Origin: Candidatus Woesebacteria bacterium
GTDB taxonomy: Bacteria > Patescibacteriota > Microgenomatia > UBA1400 > MFAQ01
Direction of reading: 5' to 3'
Assembly (NCBI GenBank): GCA_035389185.1
Contig: DAOORK010000001.1
Span: forward strand, 631,415 to 695,414
DNA length: 64,000 nt
Each line of letters begins with the position of its first letter. Within the stretch, counting starts at the first letter, position 1. The position numbers and the translations under genes are program-made. Of this stretch, positions 28,129 through 37,811 are shown one piece after another. A model generated the notes under the pieces. That model was not told the DNA's origin, searched no databases, and was given only the letters and a program-made list of their open reading frames with translations.

Positions 28129-28620
28129 AAAGGCGGTCCAGAGATATCTTCTTAGGGGAACTCGATAAAAACCTCCCATAAGTGAGACTATTTTGCCGCC
28201 AAACTGGGGAATAAGGCGACCGCCGAGTAGAAACCAAATAGAGTCGGCAGGAAATTTTCCGAGACCGAAGGGAAGATTTTTTTTGGTCTTTTCAAAATTG
28301 GCAACTTCTCCAAGACCTTTGCCAATGAAGTACTCAATAATGGAGGCAAGATTGTTCCCAAGCCAAGAAACAAGTACGCCAATAAAAGATCCAAAGAGAG
28401 CACCGTTTAGAATGACGATGGGATCGGTGGGAATTGGAGTAGCCGAGAGAATTCCCATAATGAGAATGGAAAATAGTGGGGCGTAAATACCTAGAGCAGG
28501 AATAATTTTCTCGATGGATTTTATTTCGCGGTTAAAGACGACAATGAGAACAATTGGTAAGGCAAAAATTACGATAGAAATTAGAATGTTACGAATTTTC
28601 TTGCGAGTGTCTGTTTTCAT
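28060..28620 (-). CDS. TVP38/TMEM64 (VTT/DedA-like) membrane protein; start uncertain
   Basis: PIP....L.GALFG...G..VSWLG and RLIP motifs. Confidence 0.8.
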   Translation of the reverse strand: MKTDTRKKIRNILISIVIFALPIVLIVVFNREIKSIEKIIPALGIYAPLFSILIMGILSATPIPTDPIVILNGALFGSFIGVLVSWLGNNLASIIEYFIGKGLGEVANFEKTKKNLPFGLGKFPADSIWFLLGGRLIPQFGGKIVSLMGGFYRVPLRRYLWTAFLSNLLGSLLLAIGGYSLLNAIR

Positions 28621-28743
28621 CGACTTTTTCATTATAGCTTTTGGAGAGATAAAAGGGGAGATTGGTATATAAGTCTTGACTTTGAAGCTGGTCATGTTAG
28701 GATAATTACATTAATAGTTTAAAGGGCTGGAGACCTAATACTT

Positions 28744-28947
28744 ATGGATAGATATTCCGTAAAGTGTCCTGTGCCCGGATGTCCAAAGGTGTATGTTTTA
28801 GAAGCGATAGATTGGGAAGAGGCGTTTAAGAAGGCGTATGAGAAAGGGAATCAGCATATATTGATGAAGCACCCAGATTTTCCTGATTCACCGATAAGAG
28901 AAGAAATGGCGCGGGAGTATGCGAAAGAGTACTTAAAGAAAATTTGA
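28744..28947 (+). CDS. Small putative metal-binding protein (CxxxxC...HxxxxH, DUF1059-like)
   Basis: CPVPGC...HILMKH; upstream TTGACT/TAGGAT and GGAG. Confidence 0.6.
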   Translation: MDRYSVKCPVPGCPKVYVLEAIDWEEAFKKAYEKGNQHILMKHPDFPDSPIREEMAREYAKEYLKKI

Positions 28948-28988
28948 TAGGTTTTGTTTGGTGAAATAATGGGGCGATTTGTGCAATA

Positions 28989-29246
28989 ATGGTTATGTTA
29001 ACAATTGGGAAAGAAATGAAAAGTCCTGCCAAAAAAAAGAAAAAAGTTACCAAAGGTGTGTTGGGTGCTGTGATTGCCGGTGTTGCCGGAGTAGTTGCTG
29101 GTGCAGCTGCCGTGTTTTTGTCTGAGAAAAAAAATAGAGAAACGGTGAAGAGAGTGGTGAATAAAACCGTGAAACGTGGAAAGACGAGTATTGCCAAGGC
29201 AGAAAAAACTGTTGTAGCAGCAAAAAAGAAGTTAGTGAAGAAATAA
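28989..29246 (+). CDS. Small basic protein with an Ala/Gly-rich hydrophobic helix
   Basis: GAVIAGVAGVVAGAAAVFL followed by a Lys-rich tail. Confidence 0.6.
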   Translation: MVMLTIGKEMKSPAKKKKKVTKGVLGAVIAGVAGVVAGAAAVFLSEKKNRETVKRVVNKTVKRGKTSIAKAEKTVVAAKKKLVKK

Positions 29247-29268
29247 TTCCTTTGGATGATTGGGGCTC

Positions 29269-30483
29269 TTATTTGATGAGCCCCAATTTTTTGCCAACAA
29301 GAGCAAATTGTTTGAGACCGAAATCAAGATCTTTTTGGGTATGTGAAGCCGAAGGCATGACCCGAATTCTGGCTTTTCCCTTGGCAACCATGGGAAAGAG
29401 GATGGGTGTAGCAAAGACTCCCTTGTTGAACAGCTCGGTGCTGAAACTTCGAGCAAGATTTTCATCACCAATCATAACCGGAGTAATGGGAGTTTCTGAA
29501 TTGCCTGTGTTAAAGCCCAGTTTTTTAAACCCTTTTTGCAAATAAGCGGCATTTTTCCAGAGTTTTTTTACCAGGGATGGGTGTTTGGTAACAGTGTCGA
29601 TTGAGGCGATAAGGGCAGCCGTATCGGGAATAGAGAGACCTGTTGAGAAAGAAAATGGACGAGCCTTTTGCTTGTAGTACTCAATTAACTTCTGATTGCC
29701 GGCAAGACAACCGCCAAGCACACCAAAAGCCTTTGAAAGAGTACCGATCTCGATATCGACTTGACCATGAAGATTAAAATGGTCGACAATTCCCCGACCA
29801 TTTTTGCCGATAACACCTTCGCCGTGAGCATCGTCTACCATAGTAACAGCACCATATTTTTTGGCTAGTTTGACAATTCCGGGTAGGGGAGCAATATCGC
29901 CGTCCATGCTAAAAACACCATCGGTAACAATAAGAATGATTTTGTCGTGACCATCTTCTCTCTTTGTCTTTTGAACTTCTTTGGCTTCTTTTAATTTTTC
30001 TTCAAGACCTTGGAGATCGTTGTGGGGATAGATATACTTTGTCTGGACTTGTGAAAGACGAATGGCGTCAATAATTGAGGCATGATTGAGCTCATCACTG
30101 ATAACAATATCTTCTTTGTCAATAAGCGTTTGAATAGCGACAAGATTGGCAACGAAACCGCTTGGAACGATCATAACTGAGTCAACTTTTTTGAAGTGAG
30201 CCAGTTTCTTTTCTAGAAGTTCATGAAGAAAGGAATTCCCGGAGAGGGTTCTGACGGCACCAGCTCCGACGCCGTATTTTTTGATGGCGGAAATAGCAGC
30301 AGTTTTTACTTGAGGATGAGAGGCCAACCCTAGGTAGTTATTTGAACAGAGATTTAGTACTTTCTTTCCGTCTGCCTTGATCCATGGACCTTGAGGAGAA
30401 GATACAAGACGATATTTTTTGAGAGTGTGTGAAGCGGTGAGTTCATCTATGGTTTGATTAATCCTTTGGAGTGGGTCTTTCAT
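29269..30483 (-). CDS. Glycine C-acetyltransferase / 8-amino-7-oxononanoate synthase family PLP enzyme
   Basis: [37 protein letters not shown] and ARIR motifs. Confidence 0.9.
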   Translation of the reverse strand: MKDPLQRINQTIDELTASHTLKKYRLVSSPQGPWIKADGKKVLNLCSNNYLGLASHPQVKTAAISAIKKYGVGAGAVRTLSGNSFLHELLEKKLAHFKKVDSVMIVPSGFVANLVAIQTLIDKEDIVISDELNHASIIDAIRLSQVQTKYIYPHNDLQGLEEKLKEAKEVQKTKREDGHDKIILIVTDGVFSMDGDIAPLPGIVKLAKKYGAVTMVDDAHGEGVIGKNGRGIVDHFNLHGQVDIEIGTLSKAFGVLGGCLAGNQKLIEYYKQKARPFSFSTGLSIPDTAALIASIDTVTKHPSLVKKLWKNAAYLQKGFKKLGFNTGNSETPITPVMIGDENLARSFSTELFNKGVFATPILFPMVAKGKARIRVMPSASHTQKDLDFGLKQFALVGKKLGLIK

Positions 30484-30515
30484 GGGTTTAGTTTATCATG
30501 TTATGATAGTGATAT

Positions 30516-30719
30516 ATGGTACAAAATGAGAGTGAAACCGATCGAATCGTGCGTGTAGTTTTGGGAACAGTATCAATATTGATTGCCTACAGCACCCTGG
30601 AAGGTTTGTGGTTTTATGTGCTGGGTGTTTTGGGTTTGATATTAGTAATAACAGGGCTGACCGGATTTTGTGCAATCTACAAATTGTTGGGTATATCTAC
30701 AAAAAAAATAATATACTGA
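30516..30719 (+). CDS. DUF2892 (YgaP-like) membrane protein
   Basis: N...DRIVR...G...TG..GFC.IY.LLGIST. Confidence 0.85.
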   Translation: MVQNESETDRIVRVVLGTVSILIAYSTLEGLWFYVLGVLGLILVITGLTGFCAIYKLLGISTKKIIY

Positions 30720-30723
30720 GGAT

Positions 30724-30915
30724 ATGGATAAAACTCTTGAGTTGGTACTAATTATTATTTCGGCAGTCTTTGTGTTGTATACGGCAGCGGTAGACCCGGC
30801 GGCTTCATTGGTAGTAGCCTTGATAGCTTTGGTCTGTTTGATTGGATACAGATTAATGTTTAAAGAAATGGGAAGGAAGCCGGCGACAAAGAAAAAGATA
30901 AAGATGAGAAAATAA
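30724..30915 (+). CDS. Small membrane protein
   Basis: Two TM segments, basic tail. Confidence 0.6.
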   Translation: MDKTLELVLIIISAVFVLYTAAVDPAASLVVALIALVCLIGYRLMFKEMGRKPATKKKIKMRK

Positions 30916-31338
30916 TTATTTTCTTTTTGAGTGTGAGGATTGTTTTGAAGAAGAGCTTATGGCAAATTTCTGACGAGAATGTTTGTCTTTCTGAAGAGTG
31001 GAATAGTCTGGGTGGACAAATGGTTGGGAGACGTAGACAGGATACTCGGCTTGATCAATGGAGCTTTGATCATAGTAAGCGAGACAGTTATCGCGAACTC
31101 TGATGCCGATTATCCAGGGACAGATCTCAGTTTCTCCAGTGGAACGAATTGGAACAGAAAGTTTAATGGGGTCACAGTAACCGACGATAAAAACTTCATC
31201 TCCCCAGCGATCAGTGGTTAGTCTGATCCGTGGGTCATCATCTTCATAAAAATGATCTCTACGACTTAAACCCTCAACATCTCGAGCAAAACGCTCACTA
31301 GTCCAATGATTAGAAATACTGTCCCTTTTTTCTGTCAT
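30916..31338 (-). CDS. Hypothetical protein
   Basis: 140-aa ORF with TACAAT shortly upstream. Confidence 0.5.
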   Translation of the reverse strand: MTEKRDSISNHWTSERFARDVEGLSRRDHFYEDDDPRIRLTTDRWGDEVFIVGYCDPIKLSVPIRSTGETEICPWIIGIRVRDNCLAYYDQSSIDQAEYPVYVSQPFVHPDYSTLQKDKHSRQKFAISSSSKQSSHSKRK

Positions 31339-31410
31339 TAATTTCCATTGTAGTCAATGATTTGATTAATGATAGGGGGTATTTTATTACAGTTTTGTGC
31401 TTCCAGGAGA

Positions 31411-32181
31411 TCAGGTTAAAAGAACTACCCAAACGACGATGGCGAGAATAAGGCGGTAGATGGCAAAGATGGAGAAACTGTGTTTACTGACGAAGGAAGT
31501 AAAAGCCTTAACGGCCAACATGGCTGAAAGAAAAGAAAAGAGAGAACCGATGAGTAAAATGAGATATTCGTGAGACGAGAAGAGGATGCCCGTTTTTAGA
31601 AGATCATAACCACTGGCTGCAGCCATTGTAGGAATAGCCAAAAGAAAAGAAAATTCGACTGCTTCAGTTCGAGACAAACCATTTGCAAGACCACCTACGA
31701 TGGAAGCTGCCGATCTGGAGACGCCGGGGATCATGGAGAGAGATTGAAAAAGACCGATGGAGAAAGAATTGCCGATTTTTAACTGACTGATTTTTTTGGA
31801 TCCGGATTTTAGTTTGGGTAAACGATCAACAATAAGTAGGGCGATGCCTCCCAAAAAGAGTGCGGCACAGGTAATACTAACGTTATCTAGGAGAAAACCC
31901 TTAACAATTTTATATAAAGTGGCACCGAGAATACCTGTTGGAATAAAGGCAAAAATAATCGGTTTCCATAAGGAACGAGAAAGAAAAATCTTTTTCCAGT
32001 AGAGGACTACAACAGCAAGAATGGCAGAAAGTTGGATGATAATGTTAAAACTTTTGGTGAATTCGGAAGGCGCAATGTTTAAGAATTTTTCCGCAAGGAT
32101 AAGGTGGCCGGTACTGGAGATGGGGAGGAATTCAGTAAGTCCTTCGATAATAGCAAGAATGATAGTTTGAAAATAAGTCAT
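31411..32181 (-). CDS. uppP: Undecaprenyl-diphosphate phosphatase
   Basis: EGLTEFLPISSTGH and PGVSRS motifs. Confidence 0.95.
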   Translation of the reverse strand: MTYFQTIILAIIEGLTEFLPISSTGHLILAEKFLNIAPSEFTKSFNIIIQLSAILAVVVLYWKKIFLSRSLWKPIIFAFIPTGILGATLYKIVKGFLLDNVSITCAALFLGGIALLIVDRLPKLKSGSKKISQLKIGNSFSIGLFQSLSMIPGVSRSAASIVGGLANGLSRTEAVEFSFLLAIPTMAAASGYDLLKTGILFSSHEYLILLIGSLFSFLSAMLAVKAFTSFVSKHSFSIFAIYRLILAIVVWVVLLT

Positions 32182-32208
32182 AGGTAATTATATGTCTCTT
32201 GGTGTAAC

Positions 32209-33018
32209 ATGAGAATAATGTTCTTTGGTAAAAAAAAGAAAATTGTTGGTTTAGCTTTGGGGAGTGGTGGAGCAAGGGGTTTGGCACATATTGGGGTAAT
32301 TCGAGCGTTGGTGAGAAACAAGATTCCAATTGATATGATTGCCGGTTCAAGTTCGGGAGCTTTGATTGGTGCGTGGTATGCGTGTTGGAAAGACTTGGAG
32401 AGAATGGAAAAAACAGTTCAGAAGGTAACCTACAAAGAGTTAGTAAAAGTATTGATTGATCCCGACTGGGGTGCAGGTTTGATTAAAGGTAAAAAAACTT
32501 TAGATTTTTTTGAGGAGATATTTGGAGGAAAGAAAATTGAAGATTTACTTGTTCCTTATCGAGCTGTAGCGACAGATTTACAGACGGCAGAAAATGTAAT
32601 TTTTGATAAAGGGGATTTGGCAGAAGCGGTGAGAGCTAGTATCTCAGTTCCCTTAGTGTATTCGCCGATAGAGATTGGTGATCAATTGCTGGTTGATGGT
32701 GGAGTATCGAGTCCTGTTCCAGTAGAGATACTAAAAGAAATGGGAGCAGACGTGGTGATTGCGGTTAACTTAGATAGTGTGTATTTTTATGAAGGAAAAA
32801 AGAAAAATGGTTCGTTTTCTACGGTAGATATTTTGAAAGATAGTTACTTTGCATTAAGGTATAACTTGGCCAAAAAAGAAGTAAGAATGTCAGACGTGGT
32901 GATTGAACCAAGAATGAAGTATGTGGCCGATTTTGATTTTGTTCAAGGAAAAGAAGCTGTTGAGGCAGGAGATCAAGAGACCGAGAGACAGATGGAAAAA
33001 ATTAAAAGACTAATTTGA
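32209..33018 (+). CDS. Patatin-like phospholipase (RssA/NTE family)
   Basis: GSGGARG, GSSSG and DGG motifs. Confidence 0.9.
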   Translation: MRIMFFGKKKKIVGLALGSGGARGLAHIGVIRALVRNKIPIDMIAGSSSGALIGAWYACWKDLERMEKTVQKVTYKELVKVLIDPDWGAGLIKGKKTLDFFEEIFGGKKIEDLLVPYRAVATDLQTAENVIFDKGDLAEAVRASISVPLVYSPIEIGDQLLVDGGVSSPVPVEILKEMGADVVIAVNLDSVYFYEGKKKNGSFSTVDILKDSYFALRYNLAKKEVRMSDVVIEPRMKYVADFDFVQGKEAVEAGDQETERQMEKIKRLI

Positions 33019-33660
33019 TTGTTCAGAGATCTTTTTAAGTTTTTCCAGGTCGTTGACGACAAACTGAGAACGTTTGGTGGTTACAGCACCGCTTTTTTGT
33101 AGTTTACTCATTTGGACACTTGTGGTTTCACGAGTAAGACCGACCAAGTTGGCGATGACGCGGTGAGTGGCAGGAAAGTTGACAATGAGCTTATCGTTCT
33201 TCATGGTCCCGTAGTCATGGGTAAGCTGAAGAAGAACGGAGGCGATTTTACTTAGGGCGTTGCCGTTGATAATGTTTCCTTGATTGACAAAGTAGTTTAG
33301 GAGAGAGCCGAAGAAAAAATCCATAACGTCGAGAGTAATCTGTTTGTCATTACCAATGAATTTTTTAAATTCGGAGTAGGGTGCAGCATAAACCTCAACT
33401 GGAGTCAGGGCTTGGAAATAGAAATCATTACGGTGATTGGAGACAAAGTGAATAACGGACATGGTAAAGAGAGGTCTAAAGAGATTGATGGTGCTTTCTC
33501 CTTTTGGAGTGATGGTGTAGGCGCGTCCAAAACCAGATTTGTTGAAGTAGACGTATTCAAACTTATCACCTGGTTTGAGGATAATTTGCCCCTTGGAATA
33601 TTTGTGAACGGGGAACTGAGAAAAGAACTTTTTTAATTTGATGTATTTTGCTTTGGTCAT
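33010..33660 (-). CDS. Crp/Fnr-family transcriptional regulator
   Basis: cNMP-binding-like N-terminus; HTH THRVIANLVGLTRETTS. Start moved to MTKAK. Confidence 0.9.
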   Translation of the reverse strand: MTKAKYIKLKKFFSQFPVHKYSKGQIILKPGDKFEYVYFNKSGFGRAYTITPKGESTINLFRPLFTMSVIHFVSNHRNDFYFQALTPVEVYAAPYSEFKKFIGNDKQITLDVMDFFFGSLLNYFVNQGNIINGNALSKIASVLLQLTHDYGTMKNDKLIVNFPATHRVIANLVGLTRETTSVQMSKLQKSGAVTTKRSQFVVNDLEKLKKISEQSN

Positions 33661-33774
33661 ACGTAATTCGTTATTATATACTACAAAAAAATTGTAATGC
33701 TGTAGCTTTAGAAAAGGAAAAATTAACTTTGAGGATAGGGAAGACAAGAGAAAATAAAATGTGTAGAATAAAGT

Positions 33775-34230
33775 ATGTCAAAAAAGCAAAATGTAGGAGT
33801 TAATACTAAAGGTTGGGAGAAGAGTATGGAGGACTTATTTACGAAGAAATTACCGGCGTTGCCAAGTAACATAAAAGAGATTATTGTCCGTTACTGCCCT
33901 TGGGCTTCGGTGCTTTTGATTGTGATGTGCTTGCCAACTTTGTTTATGGCTTTAGGTCTATGGTCAATTTTGGCTCCGTTTGCCTATTTGGGTTATACCT
34001 ATCATTACGGATATGACATAACCTGGTGGATATCTATTGTGAGTACCGGTTTGTCAATTTGGGCTTTACCGGGATTGTTTAAGAGACGAATGATGTCTTG
34101 GAAATTGCTGTTTTACTCATCTTTGGTGATGGGACTTTATTACCTATTGTCGTTTAATTTGGGTGGATTGGTGATCGGTACAGGATTATCGCTTTATATC
34201 CTGTTTCAGGTGAAGAGTTACTATAAATAA
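33775..34230 (+). CDS. Membrane protein
   Basis: LPALP..IKE.IV...PW; FQVKSYYK; several TM segments. Confidence 0.7.
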   Translation: MSKKQNVGVNTKGWEKSMEDLFTKKLPALPSNIKEIIVRYCPWASVLLIVMCLPTLFMALGLWSILAPFAYLGYTYHYGYDITWWISIVSTGLSIWALPGLFKRRMMSWKLLFYSSLVMGLYYLLSFNLGGLVIGTGLSLYILFQVKSYYK

Positions 34231-34236
34231 AAACCT

Positions 34237-34974
34237 TTATAGAGTTACGATTAGGAAGCGAGGTTTATTAAAGGAGTCGTTTTCAATCCGACAAGAGAGA
34301 TTTTTGGGAATAGAAAAACTTTTTGGGGTGTGAGTATCGTCGATTTCTAAAATCGCCTGGCCATTTTTATTTAGGTACTGGGGGAGTTGATCAAGAAGAG
34401 CGTTGATAAAGAGATTGCCTTTGGGACCACCATCTAATGCGAGATGGGGTTCGAAATCTTTGACTGACGGATCGAGACTATTGATATTTTTGGAAGGAAT
34501 ATAGGGGAGATTGGCGAGAATAAGATCGAATTTGACAGGAGGAAAATCTCTTAGGAGGTTTGATTTTTGGAAAAAGATATTTTCGGGTGAGTGAAGAAGT
34601 TTTTGAACATTGAGATTGGCCACCTTGAGAGCTTCGGCGGAGATATCGGAAAGAAAAATAGTGTAGGGAATTTGGCGTTTTTTTAACGTGTAAGCGAGAG
34701 AGATACCGAGACACCCAGATCCGGTGCCAATATCAGCAATGACGGGATGAGCAAGCTCGTGATCATCTATGAATTGAAGTGCTTCGGCAACTATTTGTTC
34801 GGACTCGATTCGGGGGATAAGGGTAGCAGGAGTAACTAAAAAATCGAGACCGAGAAATTCGGCGTGGCCGGTGGCATACTCGACTGGCTGATCGCCGATT
34901 GAACTAGGATCAATTTGAGGAGCAAAACGACGAAGATGGTTTTGCTCGTAAGGTGAGAGATTTCTTTTGGTCAC
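34237..34974 (-). CDS. prmC: Release-factor glutamine methyltransferase (HemK/PrmC)
   Basis: PVEYATG, LIPRIESE, DIGTGSG, NLPY, EPHLALDGG. Likely GTG start at 34974, 6 nt after TATAAT. Confidence 0.9.
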   Translation of the reverse strand: MTKRNLSPYEQNHLRRFAPQIDPSSIGDQPVEYATGHAEFLGLDFLVTPATLIPRIESEQIVAEALQFIDDHELAHPVIADIGTGSGCLGISLAYTLKKRQIPYTIFLSDISAEALKVANLNVQKLLHSPENIFFQKSNLLRDFPPVKFDLILANLPYIPSKNINSLDPSVKDFEPHLALDGGPKGNLFINALLDQLPQYLNKNGQAILEIDDTHTPKSFSIPKNLSCRIENDSFNKPRFLIVTL

Positions 34975-35018
34975 TCTTTTATTATATCCTGATTTAACGG
35001 ATAAAAATACCCTATAAT

Positions 35019-35047
35019 TTGACTTTTGAGGCAAAATGTGGTAATAT
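35019..35047 (+). promoter_or_regulatory. Sigma70-type promoter
   Basis: TTGACT-N17-TAATAT, with GAGGAG before ATG 35088. Confidence 0.6.
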
Positions 35048-35087
35048 ATAGGTTGTAGGTTGAACACTAAAACTCTGAGGAGAAGAG

Positions 35088-35408
35088 ATGAAGAAAACAA
35101 TTTTTGTGTTGTTGGTGGTTGCGACTCTGCTGATTGTTGGTTGTTCAGCAGTAAAGGCTGACACTGGCAGTGATCCATTCTTGCTCTCCGATGATTCGGA
35201 GTACGTGGGAAAGGTAATATTCAGAACAAAAGTCTATGGAGATACAGTTACCTCTGATTCTCTTTATTGGACGGCTTGGGATTTGTTCTGGCCAGGAGAT
35301 GATTGCTTCGTGGACGGAGTGAATACGGTGAGTATCTCCGGGCTGTATTACATGTCCGGATATCACTGGGAAGTATCAGACAATACATATTGCATCGTCA
35401 AGGATTAG
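35088..35408 (+). CDS. Secreted/lipoprotein hypothetical
   Basis: Signal peptide with IVGC; own promoter, SD and terminator. Confidence 0.7.
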   Translation: MKKTIFVLLVVATLLIVGCSAVKADTGSDPFLLSDDSEYVGKVIFRTKVYGDTVTSDSLYWTAWDLFWPGDDCFVDGVNTVSISGLYYMSGYHWEVSDNTYCIVKD

Positions 35409-35414
35409 GTATTT

Positions 35415-35442
35415 AAGCCGCTTGGAAACAGGCGGCTTTTTT
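35415..35442 (+). terminator. Intrinsic terminator
   Basis: AAGCCGCTTG-GAAA-CAGGCGGCTT followed by TTTT. Confidence 0.8.
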
Positions 35443-35448
35443 GCTGTT

Positions 35449-36216
35449 TTAGGGAGTGGCGAAGGTATATTCCTCTGTAGAAGTGGTCTTGCCATTAACG
35501 ACAATGGTAATGACATATTTGTAGAGAGTACCCGGTTGGAGGTTTTCGATATTGAGAAGATGATTTGTTTGAGCATTTGGAGAGATGTCAAAAATCTTGT
35601 TAAGGATTTCGGGATCTCCTTCGGTGAATTTCAAAGAGGTTTGGGCGGCATTTTTGGTAGAAAAAGAGATAAGGACCTGAGTGCCTGAGATTGGGGTGAT
35701 AAGGGGAGAGGTAAGAATGTCGCTGGCTTTGATACGAGACTCTTGAGTTGTGCCCAACTCTTTAATAATCGTGGGGAGAGCTGCGACAGCAGTAAAGACA
35801 ATAACAAGAGGGATGATAACGGCGAAAGCTGACTTTAGGGGAATACCCCAAAGTTTGTGATAATAAATTTTTGCCTGTTGAGCTTTTTTGAATTGAATAA
35901 GCTGATCTTTGGGGAAGAAATCACCGTGATTGTTGGGACAAGAAAAAACGGTAACAGTTTGAGGTACAGAGTCGTCTTTGATACTAGACATTGTCTGACC
36001 GCATTTGGGACAGACAGGGTGAGAAACGGGTACTGTTTTTGACTTTGGTAGAACAGAGTCGATGTTTTTGGCGGTTTCGGCTGTGATGAAATTAGCCAAG
36101 TATGGATCTAAGAAATGACCACCACAGTTTAGACACTCGGCAATGTTTTTTGATTGCCCATCTTGAGTATCAATATTGATATAAGAGAGATCTGAGCCAC
36201 AGTGAGGACAGGTCAT
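35449..36216 (-). CDS. Double zinc-ribbon (zf-TFIIB-like) protein with TM and Fn3-like C-terminus
   Basis: CPHC..CLNC, CPKC..CPNNH, TM helix, LQPGTLYKY. Confidence 0.75.
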   Translation of the reverse strand: MTCPHCGSDLSYINIDTQDGQSKNIAECLNCGGHFLDPYLANFITAETAKNIDSVLPKSKTVPVSHPVCPKCGQTMSSIKDDSVPQTVTVFSCPNNHGDFFPKDQLIQFKKAQQAKIYYHKLWGIPLKSAFAVIIPLVIVFTAVAALPTIIKELGTTQESRIKASDILTSPLITPISGTQVLISFSTKNAAQTSLKFTEGDPEILNKIFDISPNAQTNHLLNIENLQPGTLYKYVITIVVNGKTTSTEEYTFATP

Positions 36217-36243
36217 GAGTTCATTTTAGCAAAGATAGAGATA

Positions 36244-36424
36244 ATATTTTTCTGAGACATATCACCAATATTCTTTGTTGGCCACCGGTAATCCGGACTC
36301 TCCTGCGGAGTCCGGTCACCTCGATTCTCGGTGTAAATTTCTCAGAGTACTGAGAACCAAGCAATTTACACCTGCGAAACGTGTCACAAAGAACATTTGG
36401 TTCATGTTTTTAACTGAAAAATAT
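36244..36424. ncRNA. Candidate ~180-nt structured RNA (6S-like or novel)
   Basis: Nested stems ATATTTTTC/GAAAAATAT and TTCTTTGT/ACAAAGAA; hairpins CCGGACTC/GAGTCCGG and GGTGTAAATT/AATTTACACC with inner TCTCAG/CTGAGA. Confidence 0.55.
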
Positions 36425-36467
36425 AATAAAGGAACAAGTTATATTAGGTGTCTGATAAACTGGAAGA

Positions 36468-37811
36468 GTGAAAATAAAGTTTCTGGGAGCGGCTGGGACA
36501 GTAACGGGATCATGTTATTTTTTGACCGGAGAAAAGACCGGTTTGATGGTTGATTTTGGAATGTTTCAGGGGAAAGCAGAGGATGTGGGGCTGAATGAAA
36601 TTAAACCGGCAATAGATTATGACAAGCTTAGTGCTGTTTTGTTAACACATGCGCACCTGGACCACTGCGGAAGACTGCCTTTATTATTGAAATACAGTTT
36701 TGGGGGACCGATTTTTATGACCGAAGCTACAAAAGCATTGATGGAGTTAGTTTTATATGACTCAGCAAAAATAGCAAAAGAAGAAGAGACTAAGACAGTT
36801 CTCTATACCGATGAAGATGTGGAGAGGATGGTAGAACAAGTTCAAACGGTGGTCTATAACAAGCCCTTTGTGCTGGGTGATTTTGAAATTACTTTTTTGG
36901 ATGCTGGGCACATTTTGGGTTCGGCAACAGTGTTGATTAAAGAAATAAGTTCAGGGAAACTAGTCTCTTTTAGCGGTGATTTGGGAAATACACCGGAACC
37001 GTTGTTGGACCCGACTCATTGGGTAACAAAAGCTGATGTGTCGGTTGTGGAGTCAACATATGGAAATGAGGTACACGAACCCCGGGATGAAGTCGAGGAA
37101 TTAACCAAAATTGTGGCTCAAGCTGAAGAAACGAACGGAGTGGTAATGATTCCTTCATTTTCACTGCAGAGATCACAAGAACTGTTATATATTTTTGACC
37201 AGTTAAAAAAGCAGGGAAAAATGAAAGAAAAGACACCTGTATTTTTAGATAGTCCGATGGCAATCAAGGCCACCGAGGTGTTTCGAGATTTTCCGGAACT
37301 TTATAGTAGGAAACTAGAGGAACAAGTTAAAAAAGATGATCCATTTGATTTTCCGGGATTGGTTTTGTGCGATACGATTGAAAAAAGCCGTCAGATAAAA
37401 AATATTATTGGTCCGAGAATAATCGTGGCAGGAAGCGGAATGATGAGCGGAGGAAGAATTATTCATCATTCGATTTCTTTTTTGGGCGAGGAAAGCACAC
37501 AGTTGGTGTTTGTGGGATATCAAGCTGAAGGAACAATGGGCAGAGAGATTAAGGATGGGGCAGAAAGAGTAAATATTTGGGGAAATACAATCGAGATCAA
37601 GGCACAAAAAAAAGAGATAAAAACAATGAGTTCTCATGCCGACCAGCTGCAGATTTTGAATTGGCTACATAAAATGGATGGTTTGTCGAAAGTGATATTG
37701 ACACATGGGGAAGAGTTACCGAGGTTGGTGCTGGCTGAGAAAGTGAGACAGGAGTTACCAGGAGTTGAGGTATTTATGCCGGTATTAAATGACGAAATTA
37801 CTATCGAATGA
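36468..37811 (+). CDS. MBL/beta-CASP RNA-metabolising metallo-hydrolase
   Basis: GAAGTVTGS, HAHLDHCG, AGHILGS, SGDLG, ESTYG, SSHAD and HGE motifs. Confidence 0.92.
   Translation: MKIKFLGAAGTVTGSCYFLTGEKTGLMVDFGMFQGKAEDVGLNEIKPAIDYDKLSAVLLTHAHLDHCGRLPLLLKYSFGGPIFMTEATKALMELVLYDSAKIAKEEETKTVLYTDEDVERMVEQVQTVVYNKPFVLGDFEITFLDAGHILGSATVLIKEISSGKLVSFSGDLGNTPEPLLDPTHWVTKADVSVVESTYGNEVHEPRDEVEELTKIVAQAEETNGVVMIPSFSLQRSQELLYIFDQLKKQGKMKEKTPVFLDSPMAIKATEVFRDFPELYSRKLEEQVKKDDPFDFPGLVLCDTIEKSRQIKNIIGPRIIVAGSGMMSGGRIIHHSISFLGEESTQLVFVGYQAEGTMGREIKDGAERVNIWGNTIEIKAQKKEIKTMSSHADQLQILNWLHKMDGLSKVILTHGEELPRLVLAEKVRQELPGVEVFMPVLNDEITIE

Noticed and set aside
34975-35178. N-terminal extension of prmC in the ORF track
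   Set aside because: Overlaps the divergent gene and its promoter; GTG 34974 fits the homology and promoter pattern.
36275-36553. 92-aa ORF over the structured intergenic region
   Set aside because: TTG start, overlaps the beta-CASP gene out of frame, no motif; better explained by RNA structure.
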